Notes: a model not told the origin generated them from the letters alone. Numbered from the stretch's first letter, positions 44,512 to 54,189 are shown. The stretch: DNA of 64,000 nucleotides from Elusimicrobiales bacterium (GCA_050174915.1 JBFXJL010000008.1:11990-75989); one strand, 5' to 3'. Made by a program: numbers and translations.

Positions 44512-46986
44512 TTACTGGACCTTGAGTTCCAGCGCGTCGCCCTCGCCCTTGTAATCCACCTTCAGGACGTCGCCCTGCTTCATCGTGCTGTTGAGCAGGA
44601 ATTCCGCCATCGGGTCCTCGAGGTACTTCTGCACGGTGCGGATCAGCGGGCGGGCGCCGTAGTTCGGGTCGAAGCCTTTCTTCACGAGGAAGGTCTTGGC
44701 GGCCTGGGTGATGGTGAACTTCACGCCTTTGGCGTCTAGCTTTTTGGTGACCTTTATCAGGCTGAGCTCCAGGATCTTCTCGGTGTCCGCCTCGGTGAGC
44801 GGGCGGAACACTATGACCTCGTCGATGCGGTTGATGAACTCGGGATTGAAGACGCGTTTCACCTCGTCCATCACCGTGTCCTTCATTTCCTTGTAATCTT
44901 TTTCCTTGTCCTCGGTGGGCATGAAGCCCAGCGTCTTGCCCTTGCTGATCAGGCGGGCGCCGACGTTGGAGGTCATAATGAGGATGGCGTTCTTGAACGA
45001 GACCTTGTGGCCCAGGCTGTCGGTCAGCGTGCCCTCGTCCATGATCTGCAGCAGAATATTGAACACGTCGGGATGGGCCTTCTCGATCTCGTCGAGCACG
45101 ACCACGGAGTAGGGCTTGCGGCGCACCAACTCGGTGAGCTTGCCGCCCTCCTCGTAGCCCACGTAGCCGGGGGGCGCGCCGATGAGGCGGCTCACGGAGA
45201 ACTTCTCCATGTACTCGCTCATGTCGATGCGCACCATGGCCTCCTCGTTGCCGAACATGAAGTCGGCCAGCACGCGGGCGAGCTCGGTCTTGCCCACGCC
45301 GGTGGGGCCGAGGAAGATGAAATTACCGATGGGCCGCTTGGGGTCCTTCATGCCGGTGCGGCTGCGTTTGATGGCCTGGCTCACGATGGTGACGGCCTCG
45401 TCCTGGCCGATGAGGCGCTGGTGGATGGCGCCCTCCATGTGCTGCAGCTTCTGCGTCTCGGTCTCCGTCATGCGGGTGACCGGGATGCCGGTCCACTTGG
45501 AGGCGATCTGCGCTATGTCGTCCTCGGTGACTTCCGGGAAAACCTTGTCGCGGCCTTCGCGCCATTTCTTCTTGGTCTCTTCGAGGGCCTTCTTGAGCTC
45601 CTTCTCCTTGTCGCGCAGCTTGGCGGCCTTCTCGTACTCCTGGCCGTAGATGGCGGCGTTCTTTTCCTTGGCCGTCTCCTCGATCTCCGCCTCCTTCTCC
45701 TTGAACTCCGGCGGGGCGACGGAGAGTTTCAGGCGGGCGCGGCTGCCGGCCTCGTCGAGCAGGTCGATGGCCTTGTCGGGCAGGGCGCGGTCGGTGATAT
45801 ATTTGTCGGACAGCTGGGCCGCGGCGAAGATGGCCGGGTCGGTGTACTTGCACTTGTGGTGGCTCTCGTACTTGTCCTGCAGGCCCTTGAGGATCTCTAT
45901 GGTCTCCTCCACGGTGGGCTGCTCCACGACCACCGTCTGGAAGCGGCGCTCGAGGGCCGGGTCGTGCTCGATGTGCTTGCGGTACTCGTCGAAGGTGGTG
46001 GCGCCGATGCACTGCAGCTCGCCGCGCGCCAGCGCGGGCTTGAGCATGTTGGAGGCGTCTATGGCGCCCTCGGCCGCGCCGGCGCCGATGACGGTATGCA
46101 GCTCGTCGATGAACATGATGATGGAATTCTTGGCCTTGCGGATCTCCTCGATGATGCCCTTGAGGCGCTGCTCGAACTCGCCGCGGTACTTGGTGCCGGC
46201 CACGATGGACGCGAGGTCCAGCGACAGCAGGCGCTTGCCGATGAGGGTGTCGGAGATCTCGCCGGCGGCTATCTTCTGGGCGAGGCCTTCCACGATGGCC
46301 GTTTTGCCCACGCCGGGCTCGCCAACGAGCACGGGGTTGTTCTTGGTGCGGCGGCCGAGCACCTGGATCAGGCGGTCAACCTCGTTGGAGCGGCCGATGA
46401 CGGGATCCAGCTTGCCTTCCTTGGCCATCTGGGTCATGTCGCGGGCGAACTCGTCGAGGATGGGGGTCTTGGTCTTGCCCTTGGCGGCGGAGTGGGCGTG
46501 GCCCTTGGCCGGCGGGGTCTGGGACTCCTTGGGGGAATCTTTCTGATCCATCTCGCCGAGGATGCTGAGCACTTCCTCGCGGACGGTCTCGAGCTTGAGG
46601 CCCAGGTTCTCGAGCACGCGGGCGGCGACGCCCTCTTCCTCGCGGATGAGGCCGAGCAGGATATGCTCGGTGCCGATGTAGGAGTGGCTCATGTGCTGGG
46701 CCTCTTCCACGGCGTATTCCAGCACCTTCTTGGCGCGCGGGGTAAAGGGTATTTCGCCCAGCAGCATCATGTTGTCGCCGGTGCCCACGATCTTTTCGAT
46801 CTCGGCGCGCACCTTGCGCAGGTCGATGCCGAGGTTCTGGAACACCTGGCTGGCCACGCCCTCGGAGAGGGCGATCAGGCCCAGCAGGATATGCTCGGTG
46901 CCCACGTAGTCGTGGTTAAGGCGCTTGGCCTCTTCCTGGGCGATAAGAATGACGCGCTGAGCCCTGTCGGTAAATCTTGTTCCCAT
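44512..46986 (-). CDS. clpC: ATP-dependent Clp protease ATP-binding subunit ClpC (Clp/Hsp100 class I)
   Basis: Clp_N repeats, two AAA+ modules (GEPGVGKT, GPTGVGKT), and a UVR-like linker (YEKAAKLRDKEKEL). Start at the ATG with a GGAGGATTACG Shine-Dalgarno (46986). Confidence 0.9.
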   Translation of the reverse strand: MGTRFTDRAQRVILIAQEEAKRLNHDYVGTEHILLGLIALSEGVASQVFQNLGIDLRKVRAEIEKIVGTGDNMMLLGEIPFTPRAKKVLEYAVEEAQHMSHSYIGTEHILLGLIREEEGVAARVLENLGLKLETVREEVLSILGEMDQKDSPKESQTPPAKGHAHSAAKGKTKTPILDEFARDMTQMAKEGKLDPVIGRSNEVDRLIQVLGRRTKNNPVLVGEPGVGKTAIVEGLAQKIAAGEISDTLIGKRLLSLDLASIVAGTKYRGEFEQRLKGIIEEIRKAKNSIIMFIDELHTVIGAGAAEGAIDASNMLKPALARGELQCIGATTFDEYRKHIEHDPALERRFQTVVVEQPTVEETIEILKGLQDKYESHHKCKYTDPAIFAAAQLSDKYITDRALPDKAIDLLDEAGSRARLKLSVAPPEFKEKEAEIEETAKEKNAAIYGQEYEKAAKLRDKEKELKKALEETKKKWREGRDKVFPEVTEDDIAQIASKWTGIPVTRMTETETQKLQHMEGAIHQRLIGQDEAVTIVSQAIKRSRTGMKDPKRPIGNFIFLGPTGVGKTELARVLADFMFGNEEAMVRIDMSEYMEKFSVSRLIGAPPGYVGYEEGGKLTELVRRKPYSVVVLDEIEKAHPDVFNILLQIMDEGTLTDSLGHKVSFKNAILIMTSNVGARLISKGKTLGFMPTEDKEKDYKEMKDTVMDEVKRVFNPEFINRIDEVIVFRPLTEADTEKILELSLIKVTKKLDAKGVKFTITQAAKTFLVKKGFDPNYGARPLIRTVQKYLEDPMAEFLLNSTMKQGDVLKVDYKGEGDALELKVQ

Positions 46987-47124
46987 CGTAATCCTCCGTA
47001 AAATAAGCGAAAAATCGGCTAAAAACAAATAACTTCGGCGAATAACCACGCGCCGAACTAATATTATATATAAAAAGGGAGCGCCGCTGGGCGGATTAAA
47101 GCCGCCCGGCGGCTGCGGGAGAGA

Positions 47125-48462
47125 TTATTTGGCCGCGCGGACGCGCACCTTGAAGCCTTCGACGGCGGTGACCGCCACCTCGGCGCCCGCGGGAATGTCG
47201 CCGGAAACGCTTTCGGCCTCCCATAGTTCGCCCTCCACCAGCACGGTGCCCTTCGGGGCGAGCGCGGTCTTGGCCAGGCCGCGCTTGTCCTTGAGGCTTT
47301 CGATGCCGGTCACCACGCGGTTAAGCTGCGCGCGCAGGGCGATGTAGGCGACCCCGGCCACCACGGCGATAAGACCGATTATGGTAGTAAGGAGCATGCT
47401 CATAGAGACGGACAAACCTCCCAGGGAGGGCTGGTTGAACAGCATCAGCCCGCCCATCAGCACCGCCGACGCCCCGGCCAGCGTAAGCAGGCCGTAGCTG
47501 ACCACCTTGATCTCGGCGATGAAGAATACGAAACCCAGCAGGATCAGCGCCACGCCGGCGAAATTGGCCGACAGGGTCTGGAAGGAATAGAAAGCCATAA
47601 CCAGCGACACTGCCCCCACCACGCCGGGCAGGATCAGGCCGGGGTTGTAGAGCTCGATAAAAAGCCCGGCGGCGCCGAGGCTCATCAGGATCATGGCGAT
47701 GTTGGGATCGGTGATGGTGGCCAGGAACTTCTGCCGGCGAGTCTGCCGGAAATACTCTACGGCGGCCCCGGCGCATTTCAGCGCGCCATACTCCCCCGCC
47801 CGGCGGCCGTCCGCCTTCAGCAGGAACTCCTCCACGCTCGCCGCGGTAAAGTCGGCCACGCCCAGTTTTACCGCCTCTTCGGCCGGGATGGAATCGCTCT
47901 GGCGCACCGCCTTGATGGCCCAGTCGGCGTTGCGGCCGGTCTTTTGCGCTATGGATTTTATATAGGCCGCCGCGTCGTTAAGCATCTTCTCGCTCATCGG
48001 GTCTTTAGCGGCGGCGCTTTTCTCCTTGTCCTTTTCCTTGCCGCCGGTGCCGGGCAGGCCGCCCATCACCACCGGGTGCGCCGCGCCGATATTGGTGCCC
48101 GGCGCCATGCCCACCAGCGGGGACGCCATGGAAATGAAAACCCCCGCCGAGGCCGCGCGCGCGCCCTGCGGCGAGACGTAGACGGCCACGGGCTTTTTGG
48201 AGGCGAGCATTTTCTTTATGATCTCGCGCATCGAGGTGTCCAGACCGCCTGGGGTATCGAGCGCTACCACCAGCAGGTCGGCGCCGCCCGGGGCGTTAAC
48301 CTTGTCCACCGCGCCGGCTATGAATTCGGCCGCGGCCGGCGTGATCACTCCGGAATAAGGCGCCACCACAACCGTTTTCACCTCGTAGACGGACTGATTT
48401 TTTTTAGCCGGGGCCGCCGCTATCAGCGGCAGCAGCGAGGCGAGCAGTAAAGTTTTTTTCAT
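47125..48462 (-). CDS. NfeD-family membrane-bound ClpP-class serine protease (long form)
   Basis: LDTPGGLDTSMREII, ARAASAGVFISMA, central TM bundle and C-terminal OB-fold (VLVEGELWEAES). Confidence 0.8.
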   Translation of the reverse strand: MKKTLLLASLLPLIAAAPAKKNQSVYEVKTVVVAPYSGVITPAAAEFIAGAVDKVNAPGGADLLVVALDTPGGLDTSMREIIKKMLASKKPVAVYVSPQGARAASAGVFISMASPLVGMAPGTNIGAAHPVVMGGLPGTGGKEKDKEKSAAAKDPMSEKMLNDAAAYIKSIAQKTGRNADWAIKAVRQSDSIPAEEAVKLGVADFTAASVEEFLLKADGRRAGEYGALKCAGAAVEYFRQTRRQKFLATITDPNIAMILMSLGAAGLFIELYNPGLILPGVVGAVSLVMAFYSFQTLSANFAGVALILLGFVFFIAEIKVVSYGLLTLAGASAVLMGGLMLFNQPSLGGLSVSMSMLLTTIIGLIAVVAGVAYIALRAQLNRVVTGIESLKDKRGLAKTALAPKGTVLVEGELWEAESVSGDIPAGAEVAVTAVEGFKVRVRAAK

Positions 48463-48524
48463 AGATTTTCCCCTGTATCAAGGCTTCGCCTCGATACCCG
48501 TTTATTATACATCTTGGCGCCCCG

Positions 48525-48561
48525 GCCAAAAAGAAGGACCGGCCGTTTTGACGGCCGGTCC
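48525..48561 (-). terminator. intrinsic terminator after the receiver gene
   Basis: GGACCGGCCGT-tttg-ACGGCCGGTCC with a T-run on the minus strand. Confidence 0.7.
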
Positions 48562-48583
48562 GGCGGCTGAGGGCGCGGAACGC

Positions 48584-48937
48584 TCAGCCCATGGCACTCT
48601 GCACTAGTTCCATGAAATGCTCCACCTTGAAGGGCTTCTCCACAAAACAGTAGTCCCCCTCGCAGCGCAGGTTCTCTATGGCGTAAGGGGTGCCGGTCAC
48701 CAGCAGGCTCTTGCGCTCGCCGCCGGTCTCACGGAACAGGCGTATCAACTCGGTGCCCAGCCCGTCGGGGAACATGAAATCGGTTATGAGCAGGTCGTAT
48801 TTGCGCTCGCGCAGCAGGCCGGCCGCCTCGGCGAAGGTCTCCGCCTTGGATACGGAGAAATCCGTATTCGAGAAGATGCGATCGTAAAGCCCCAGCATGG
48901 CCTTATCGTCGTCGGCTACAAGGATGGTCTTGGACAT
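48584..48937 (-). CDS. single-domain response regulator (CheY-like receiver)
   Basis: ILVADDD, LLITDFMFPD, LLVTGT and EKPF motifs. 117 aa. Confidence 0.85.
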   Translation of the reverse strand: MSKTILVADDDKAMLGLYDRIFSNTDFSVSKAETFAEAAGLLRERKYDLLITDFMFPDGLGTELIRLFRETGGERKSLLVTGTPYAIENLRCEGDYCFVEKPFKVEHFMELVQSAMG

Positions 48938-49068
48938 GGTCCCCTTTCATTCCCGGACATGCCCCCCCGGAGAGGCCGCTGCGCGGCTCCCCTCACCCGT
49001 CTATAGTGTAACAGTTGTAACGGCGGCCGGTAAGCGTCGCAGGGCCCAACAGGGCCGCGCTATAAGGC

Positions 49069-49722
49069 CTAGACGTTTTTAGGGCCATTGCCGGCCGGAG
49101 CCCAGGGCGGACAGACGGCCGCGGCGTCCCCGGCCAGCAGGCAGATGTGCAAGCCGGGGCGGGTCTGGGCGGCGCATACCTCTCGCGCCGCCGCGGCCAG
49201 GCCGGGCGCGCTCAGGGCGGAGGCCGCGAACAGGGGCCCCGCCACGAAGATAATACCCCCGCGCCCGCCGGGGGCGCGCTTAAGCGCGGCGCGCAGTTGG
49301 ACGCCCTTGCGTTCGCATTTAGCGGAAAGTTTTTTCACGGCGTCGGCCCCGAAGCCGCCGCTCACCCAGCGCACCTCGAACAGGTATTCCTCGCCGCCCC
49401 GGGCGGCGGCCAGGTCGGCCGTGCGGCACTCGGCCCTGCCCAGCGGCCGCACGCCGGTAAAGCCCTCGCCGGCCAGGAACAGCGCGGCGCGCAGTTCGGC
49501 GAGGGCCGCGTCCAGGCGGCCGGGGGTGGCGTCGTCCCTGTCAAAGCCGGTATAAAAAAGAGCCTCCCCCGCCTGGCAGCCGAATAAGGCGCCGGCGGAG
49601 GAGAGCAATTCGTTCAGTCTGCCGGCCGCGGCCGGGTCGCGCCGCAGCGCGGCGCGCAGGGCCGGGCTGGCAGCGCGCACGCCGGGAAGGGCGGGCCGCC
49701 CCGCCGCGCCGGGGCGCGGCAT
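49069..49722 (-). CDS. hypothetical protein (217 aa, Ala/Gly/Arg-rich)
   Basis: The internal ATG forms a TGATG junction with the aminotransferase stop. The longer track ORF would overlap that gene by 180 nt. Confidence 0.45.
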   Translation of the reverse strand: MPRPGAAGRPALPGVRAASPALRAALRRDPAAAGRLNELLSSAGALFGCQAGEALFYTGFDRDDATPGRLDAALAELRAALFLAGEGFTGVRPLGRAECRTADLAAARGGEEYLFEVRWVSGGFGADAVKKLSAKCERKGVQLRAALKRAPGGRGGIIFVAGPLFAASALSAPGLAAAAREVCAAQTRPGLHICLLAGDAAAVCPPWAPAGNGPKNV

Positions 49723-51152
49723 CAGGATTCCTGCAGTTTGGCCACGTACGAGGCGTGGAACTTCTTCATCTTGTCCACCAGCGCCTGGATGTCGTCCTTG
49801 GGCGGCAGGAAGGTGGTGCGGAAATGCAGCGTGCCGGGCTCCTGGCCGAAGCCGGAACCGGGCACCACGCAGATGCCGGTATGCTCGAGCAGGCGCAGGC
49901 AATACTTGCTGTCGCGGGCGGCCTCGTACTTGTGCCGTTCCTCGGGGCTCATCGCCGCCGGGTCGGTGCCCTTGGGGTGCGGCAACTCGAACTTGACGAA
50001 GGCGTACATGGCGCCCTCGGGGATATTGGTTTTCATGCCCTCTATCTCGTTAAGGCCCCGGCCCAGGATGCCGGCCTTTTCCCTGAGATCGCCGAGAATG
50101 GCGCCCTTTTCCTTCTCGTAAAGCTCGTAGCTCTCGTCGCCGGGGCGGGGCGGCTCCACCATCAGGTAAGTCACGATCTGCCCGTCGGTATTGGAGCAGA
50201 GGCCGATGGACTGCAGCTTGATAAGTTCGGCGTAGACGTCGTCGGGCATGTTGCGCACTTCCATATAGCCGCCGCGGTGGCCGCACTCGCCCAGGAAGCC
50301 CTTGGAGACGGAATGGAAGCTGAACAGGGTCACGTCCTTCTCGCCCAGCTCGTGCATGACCTTGGCGAAAGAATGGAACTCCAGGCCCGCGCCGTAGACG
50401 TTCTCCTGGTACACCTCGTCGGCCAGGATGGCCAGGCCGTGCTTTTTCGCGAAGCGGATGACCATGCCGATGTTCTTCTTGGACAGCACCGCGCCGGTGG
50501 GGTTGCCGGGATTGATGACCGCGAGGGCCACCGGGGTAATGCCGGCCGCCCTGCCCTGCGCCAGGCTGCGCTCCAGCTCCGCCTCGTTGAGCTCCCAGCG
50601 GTTAGCCTCGTCGAGGAAATAGTTTATCTGACGCGCGCCGTACAGCTCTATCGTAGCGCTGTAGAGCGGGTACTGCGGGATCGGGATCATGTAGCCGTCG
50701 TTGGCTTTGTTGGTAAGCAGCGTGAACGCGGCCTGCACGCCCTTGGAAGCGCCGTCGGTGAGCAGGATGCGGTTAGGGTCGGCCGGGATGCCGTCGCGCC
50801 TGGAGATGAACTCGGCCACCGCCTTGCGGATAAAAGGGATGCCGGCGCTCTGGGTATAGGCGCCGGTACCGGTGGGGTTCTTCTCCAGTATCAGGCGCGC
50901 CCGGAGTATGGCGTCGGCGGGGAAGGCCTTGGCCGCGGCGGGGTCATCCATCAGGGCCGGGTATTCCAGCAGGCTCAGCACCTGCCGCACGAAGGTCAGC
51001 GGCCGCTGCCGCAGCGCCTGAGGGTTGCCTATGTTGCAGTAAATTATTTTTTTACCCTGCTCCTCGAGCTCCTGGGCCCGGATCACTATCTTGCCGCGCA
51101 CGGCGTAGTGGGCTTTCTGCAGTTTCGCGTTCACATCGGAGAGTTTTACCAT
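49722..51152 (-). CDS. alanine aminotransferase-like PLP enzyme (class I aminotransferase, eukaryote-type ALT subfamily)
   Basis: NPGNPTG and SVSKGFLGECGHRGGYMEV (PLP-Lys context typical of ALT/GPT). 476 aa. Confidence 0.8.
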   Translation of the reverse strand: MVKLSDVNAKLQKAHYAVRGKIVIRAQELEEQGKKIIYCNIGNPQALRQRPLTFVRQVLSLLEYPALMDDPAAAKAFPADAILRARLILEKNPTGTGAYTQSAGIPFIRKAVAEFISRRDGIPADPNRILLTDGASKGVQAAFTLLTNKANDGYMIPIPQYPLYSATIELYGARQINYFLDEANRWELNEAELERSLAQGRAAGITPVALAVINPGNPTGAVLSKKNIGMVIRFAKKHGLAILADEVYQENVYGAGLEFHSFAKVMHELGEKDVTLFSFHSVSKGFLGECGHRGGYMEVRNMPDDVYAELIKLQSIGLCSNTDGQIVTYLMVEPPRPGDESYELYEKEKGAILGDLREKAGILGRGLNEIEGMKTNIPEGAMYAFVKFELPHPKGTDPAAMSPEERHKYEAARDSKYCLRLLEHTGICVVPGSGFGQEPGTLHFRTTFLPPKDDIQALVDKMKKFHASYVAKLQES

Positions 51153-51163
51153 GATAATTCCAT

Positions 51164-51202
51164 TATATAAAAGGCGGCGCGCCGTGTCAGGGGCGCGCCG
51201 CC
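51164..51202 (-). terminator. intrinsic terminator after htrA
   Basis: GGCGGCGCGCC-loop-GGCGCGCCGCC with TTTTATATA on the minus strand. Confidence 0.7.
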
Positions 51203-51214
51203 TCCGGGCCCGGC

Positions 51215-52297
51215 CTAGTAGTCGAAGTCCGCGCCGGCCGCGCCGGGCTGCGCCCCCAGGATGACCCAGGCCTTGGCCTCCTTGCCGCCGCGGTAGTAGC
51301 CGAGCTCCACCCTGTCCCCGGGCTTGCGGGAATAGATAAAACTAAGCAGGTCGGCGTCGTCGCGCACTTCCTCGCCGTCGAAACTGGTGACGATGTCGCC
51401 GCGCTTCAATTTGCCGGCGGCCGCCGGCGAGCCCGGCACTACCCCGTCTATCAGCGCCCCGGCGGGCAGGCCGAAGCGCGCGGCCGTATACGGGTCCACT
51501 TTAAGCAGGGTGGTACCCAGCCAGCCGCGGCGGGCGGGCTTGAGGCCCAGGAAGTCCTCATAGGCCCGGCGGGCCTCCTGCGCCGGGATGGCGAAACCCA
51601 TGCCCGCGAAAGCCCCAGACGGCGAGAAGATAGCGGAGTTGATGCCCGTGATCTCGCCTTTGATATTGAGCAGCGGGCCGCCGGAATTGCCCTGGTTGAT
51701 GGCCGCGTCCGTCTGCAGCAGCCGCGCGTAGCGCCGGCCCTGTATACGCATCGACACGTCCGCCGCGGAGACTATGCCCGAGGTCATGGTCTGCCTGAAG
51801 CCGAACGGGTAACCCACGGCTATGGCCCAGTCGCCCACCCTGGCCGGTTCGGCCGCGAAGGAGAGGTACGGGAAGGTGTCTTTGGATTTGATCTTCAGCA
51901 CGGCCAGGTCCAGACGCTGATCGCTGGCGGCCAGCTCGGCCAGGTAGCTCTTCTCCCGGCCGCGGGCGTCGAGCATAATCACCTGTATGCGGTCGGCCCC
52001 GCCCACCACGTGCTCGTTGGTCAGCACATAGCCTTTCGGGTCCACTATCACGCCCGAGCCTATGCCGCCGGTGTCGTAGCGGTAGTACTTTTCCACCGGC
52101 ACCATGTGGCCGAAATAGAATTCCGGCTCTATCACGCGCTCCACTTCCTCGCGCAGCACACGGATGCTGACCACGGCCGGCCGCGCCGCGTCCGCCACGG
52201 CATTGAAGGACTGCTGCACCTTTAGCGCTTCGCCCTGCGCGCGCGCGGGAACGGGCAGCGCGGCGGCCAGGCAGGCGCAGATCAGTATTATCCTCAT
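51215..52297 (-). CDS. htrA: HtrA/DegP-family periplasmic serine protease with one PDZ domain
   Basis: LTNEHVV, DLAVLKI and GNSGGPLL triad contexts. PDZ (GSPAAAGKLKRGDIV). Start at the ATG with a GGGAGGTAACT Shine-Dalgarno (52297). Confidence 0.85.
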   Translation of the reverse strand: MRIILICACLAAALPVPARAQGEALKVQQSFNAVADAARPAVVSIRVLREEVERVIEPEFYFGHMVPVEKYYRYDTGGIGSGVIVDPKGYVLTNEHVVGGADRIQVIMLDARGREKSYLAELAASDQRLDLAVLKIKSKDTFPYLSFAAEPARVGDWAIAVGYPFGFRQTMTSGIVSAADVSMRIQGRRYARLLQTDAAINQGNSGGPLLNIKGEITGINSAIFSPSGAFAGMGFAIPAQEARRAYEDFLGLKPARRGWLGTTLLKVDPYTAARFGLPAGALIDGVVPGSPAAAGKLKRGDIVTSFDGEEVRDDADLLSFIYSRKPGDRVELGYYRGGKEAKAWVILGAQPGAAGADFDY

Positions 52298-52371
52298 AGT
52301 TACCTCCCTATGGGCGGCCCGGGACCGGGCGGCCCTGCCTGTAAATTTTACAAAAAAAGACCGGCGGGCCA

Positions 52372-52400
52372 TTGACACTCCGGGCGGCGTGCGTTAGACT
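52372..52400 (+). promoter_or_regulatory. sigma-70-type promoter TTGACA-17 nt-TAGACT, 6 nt before the ATG at 52407 (leaderless-type)
   Basis: Consensus -35, ideal spacing, and a -10 with T1/A2/T6 conserved. No Shine-Dalgarno before the ATG. Confidence 0.5.
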
Positions 52401-52406
52401 ATAGCC

Positions 52407-53633
52407 ATGAGAAATTTCCGCTTATGGGCCCTGCCGCTGGCCCTGCTGCTGGCCCTGCCGGCCGGCCGCGCTTTGACTGCCGGCGAACTCGAGACCGAGT
52501 CGGCCGGGTCGGCCGAATTCTTCGACGGGGCCGGGCGTTACGCCGGCACGGCCGCGCAGGCCGGGGCCTCTGCCGAGGGCAAGGCGCAGCTGCTGGCCGC
52601 GCTCAAGACCCGGGTCGCCGTCAGCGGCACCCCGGAGCAGACCGCCGCGCTCGACAGCCTGCTGGCGCGCGTGCTCGACAGCCCCACCGGCAGGGAACTC
52701 GCGGTGCAGTTCGTGCGGGAGGACGCCCGCGCGTCGCTCTCCTTCGAGGACATCCCCGGCACCCAGGTGCTGGAGATCAACGGCCGCAGGACTTTCAACG
52801 CCAGCGGCGGCCACGCCCACACCACCCATAATCCGCCGGCGGTGCACCTAAACAGCGCCTACCTGCAGGCCAAACAGGAGGACGCCCCCGGCACGCTGGC
52901 GCACGAACTGTTCGGCCACGTGCTGGAACGCAAGCGCGCCGAGCGCTACGGCGTGCAGGACTCTTATATCTACCACCAGAACGAGGAGGCCAACGCGGGC
53001 CTGATCGGCTGGACCGTCCACGCCGAGCTGGGCAACAAGCTCGACAACGGCTGGGCCTGGATCTACATGGCTAACCCGGCGGACTATCACCGCCGCCTGA
53101 AGACCAACATGGCCTATTACGCCGGCACCCTCAGCACCGAGGAGATGCAGGACCCGCTGCCCGCCTACCAGACGCGCCTGCGTAGCGCCGAGGGCCTGCT
53201 GCTGCGCCTGCCGGTGAAGAAAGAGCAGAACGAGAACTGGCTGAAGATCATAGACCACCTGGTGGAGGCCCACAAGCGGGCGGCTGAGGCCTTCCGCACG
53301 CTGCGGGAGAAGATCAACGCCGCCATAGCCGGCGTGGCCTCCGACGAGCTCCGCCTCAAGGACATACAGACCTACCTCAAGCAGCTGATAGCCCGCTGCA
53401 CCGGCAATACCGGCGCGGCCTGGCAGCGGCAGCTGGAGCGGGACTCGGAGAACGCCTATTTCGCCGAGCAGCGGCGGGTTATGGAGGAGCGCGAGAAGGT
53501 GCTGGCCGGCCTGATGCTGGGCAGGGCCTACGACAACGAGCAGCCGCCCGAAAGGCCGGGCCAAATAACATGGCCCCAGCTGGAAGAGATGTGGAAGCAG
53601 GACCAGGAATCCTCCTGCGGGTGGCGCGTATGA
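52407..53633 (+). CDS. secreted hypothetical protein with an HExxH motif (putative zinc metalloprotease)
   Basis: Signal peptide MRNFRLWALPLALLLALPAGRA. HELFGH is embedded in LAHELFGHVLERK. No family recognised. Confidence 0.5.
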   Translation: MRNFRLWALPLALLLALPAGRALTAGELETESAGSAEFFDGAGRYAGTAAQAGASAEGKAQLLAALKTRVAVSGTPEQTAALDSLLARVLDSPTGRELAVQFVREDARASLSFEDIPGTQVLEINGRRTFNASGGHAHTTHNPPAVHLNSAYLQAKQEDAPGTLAHELFGHVLERKRAERYGVQDSYIYHQNEEANAGLIGWTVHAELGNKLDNGWAWIYMANPADYHRRLKTNMAYYAGTLSTEEMQDPLPAYQTRLRSAEGLLLRLPVKKEQNENWLKIIDHLVEAHKRAAEAFRTLREKINAAIAGVASDELRLKDIQTYLKQLIARCTGNTGAAWQRQLERDSENAYFAEQRRVMEEREKVLAGLMLGRAYDNEQPPERPGQITWPQLEEMWKQDQESSCGWRV

Positions 53634-54175
53634 AAAAACTGCTCTTGATCCCCCTGCTGCTGTCGCTGGCCGCCGGCCCCGCGCCGGCCGAGGATAAACC
53701 TATGGAGAAGACCGCGGAAAAGATCTCCGACTTCGCCTCCTTCAAGGCGCCTGAGGGCTGGACGCAGCGGGAGTTCACGGAACAGGGTGACCCGCAACTG
53801 CGCCTGGAGAAGGGCCTGCACGCCATTACGGTGCGCCTCTCGGGCGGGACCGCCTCGCGATACAAGAGCGGTCCGGCTTTCCTGGCCGGTTTCGAGGCCC
53901 GCTCCATGGGCGGCAAGCCGGCCGAAAAACTTTCCAACGCCGTGGTCTCCGGCTCGCGGGCGCTGGTCTACCGGCGCAAGGTGCCGCTGGACCTGCCGCC
54001 GCCTGACGAGAGCGGCCCAGCGGAGATGGGCACGGAGCAGTTCTGCCTGGTGCCCGCCGGTAAGCGCTTCTTCGTGCTCAGCTACTCCTACGGCGATTCC
54101 ATCCCCGACCCGTCCTACGACGGGGAGAAAGCCTGGCGCGCCTTTCTCAAGGACTTCAAGGCGAAGAAACGCTAG
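53630..54175 (+). CDS. secreted hypothetical protein (181 aa)
   Basis: ATGA overlap with the upstream gene. Signal peptide MKKLLLIPLLLSLAAGPAPA. Confidence 0.55.
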   Translation: MKKLLLIPLLLSLAAGPAPAEDKPMEKTAEKISDFASFKAPEGWTQREFTEQGDPQLRLEKGLHAITVRLSGGTASRYKSGPAFLAGFEARSMGGKPAEKLSNAVVSGSRALVYRRKVPLDLPPPDESGPAEMGTEQFCLVPAGKRFFVLSYSYGDSIPDPSYDGEKAWRAFLKDFKAKKR

Positions 54176-54189
54176 GCCGCAAGGGCATG

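Noticed and set aside
49723-49902. The upstream 60-codon extension of ORF 49069..49902.
   Set aside because: It would overlap the aminotransferase 3' end by 180 nt. The internal ATG gives a classic TGATG coupling junction instead.
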